From: Octopus sinensis
Taxonomy: Eukaryota
Length of the DNA: 33,930 nt
NCBI RefSeq assembly: GCF_006345805.1
Contig: NW_021831920.1
Coordinates: 1 to 33,930 of the forward strand
Direction of reading: 5' to 3'
The notes beneath the pieces were generated by a model. It was not told the origin of the DNA. It did no database searches and saw nothing but the letters and a program-made list of their open reading frames with translations. Made by a program: the position numbers and the translations under genes. Positions 32,740-33,930 of this stretch are shown here, piece by piece. Within the stretch, counting starts at the first letter, position 1; each line of letters opens with the position of its first letter.

Positions 32740-33250
32740 TTCATTACCAAATTGAAGAGAAACGGACTGAGGCAGGACCCTTGCGGCATCCCCCTGTGGA
32801 GTTTGATGTTCCTGGAGTGATAGCCGATTCGGACACGAAAGAGTAACGGTTTGAGAGGAAGCACTGTACCCAGAGGAAGACCTCTTCCGTTGGTTTACAG
32901 AGTTGTATCCTTTCCATCAGATCTCGGTGCCAAACTCTGTCGAAAGCCTTCGAGATGTCTAAGAATACGAGAGATATAATTTCTTTGAATTCCATTGGTC
33001 TCAAGACTGAGGACTGCATCGTCAGGAAACAGTCACTGCAGCTCCGTTCCAAACGGAAACCCCATTACTGAGTGAGCAGAACGTTCTTCTCTTTGGCCAG
33101 GAAATCGAGGCGCTTTGCCATGATTTTTTCCATTAGCCTTGAGATGGTTGTAATAAGGCTTATTTGACGGTAGCTCGACTTTCAGGTTTCTTGATTATCT
33201 GGACCTCGTAGTTCATACGACTGGTTTTTTGAGAGCTTTGACTCGTTGAC
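32740..33250 (-). mobile_element. LINE reverse-transcriptase fragment (APE-type clade such as I/Jockey/CR1)
   Basis: SYRQISLITTISRLMEKI..Q*WGFR..RSC..VFLDISKAFDRVWH..W..CFLSNR. Confidence 0.85.
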
Positions 33251-33389
33251 GACAATAATGTCAGGATAAACGCTGTTTATCATCTTAAAGAAGTCGTTAT
33301 GCCGTTTTTAATAGATCGGGCATTCATAGCGATGATTTTCAAAGGGACTATGTTGCTGATTTTCTCCCTTCTAGCAGGATCTTTTGCAG

Positions 33390-33930
33390 TAAGTTCTTGA
33401 TGAACTTGATGGATATAAGTAATCTGGGAGTACTTGAGAGCTCAGCAGGGAAAATTCAAAAATCGGGCATGCTGAAAGTAATTCTTGGAGAATCACACGA
33501 ATTGAAAAGTTAGCAAATACAAAACTGAATGGATTGAATTTGTTCAAACCAATTAACGAGCACGCTCTCTCATTGTACAACTATCATATTGGATTAATCG
33601 ATATCGAGACATTTGAATATGAAATGGTGGACGATACGATTTGGGCAAAATTAACAGAATACAAAATACACCTTCGAACAAATAGAGATTATACCTCCCC
33701 CGTAACAATCTTGGAAGAGGATTGAACTCAATCTCTTTCCTAAGTGAACGGATGCTTTTTGGATTCCTTACGGACTTAAAAAACCGAATTTGTATCTGCA
33801 AAAAAGCTTCTCGATTCTTCAGGCCTAAGTGCTGGAAAAAACTCATCTGGCCACTATTGAAGAATACTTGAAGCATAAATATTTACTTGAAGGATCAGTT
33901 CTACTCAACAAAAATTTTACAAAATCTTGC
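33390..33930 (+). mobile_element. Degraded third R4/Dong-like family, runs off the window
   Basis: LDELDGYK.LGVLE..KLNGLNLFKPINEHALSLYNYHIGLI..RL(Y)LPRNNLGRGL parallels the elements at 4500 and 13548; several stops. Confidence 0.8.

Noticed and set aside
1-33930. Microsporidian or bacterial origin suggested by the TE types and AT richness
   Set aside because: MBT-SLED-SAM, an ABCC TMD0, PDZ, an Obg of probable mitochondrial type and dense spliceosomal introns do not fit either group.

Overview
AT-rich, TE-saturated eukaryotic DNA, not prokaryotic. The host genes look animal-type (MBT-SLED-SAM Polycomb protein, ABCC/MRP TMD0, PDZ) and are split by very short 21-33 nt GT-AG introns. That suggests a compact-gened metazoan parasite such as a myxozoan or dicyemid (inference only). 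Host genes: 3' half of glutamate-cysteine ligase GCLC (1-2445), an Scm/SFMBT-like gene (7301-8621, minus), a truncated ABCC gene (8860-9749), an Obg GTPase fragment (~18440-18679) and a PDZ fragment (27156-27431). Most of the rest is nested mobile DNA: two copies of one non-autonomous Helitron with internal 93-bp arrays, TGT...ACA Ginger/Tdd-like elements with 5-bp TSDs, two Tigger/pogo families, two hAT families, three R4/Dong-like and three CRE-like RLE retrotransposons, RTE and other LINEs, and a tRNA-like SINE. Highlights: (1) DNA transposases of up to three superfamilies carry host-sized tiny introns; (2) a 1.6-kb Helitron sits inside a 21-nt GCLC intron; (3) a MITE inserted into the GCLC stop codon and supplies a new 17-aa C-terminus. 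Many frameshifts fall in A/T homopolymers and may be assembly errors. All assignments come from manual reading and motif recall; no database searches were run.
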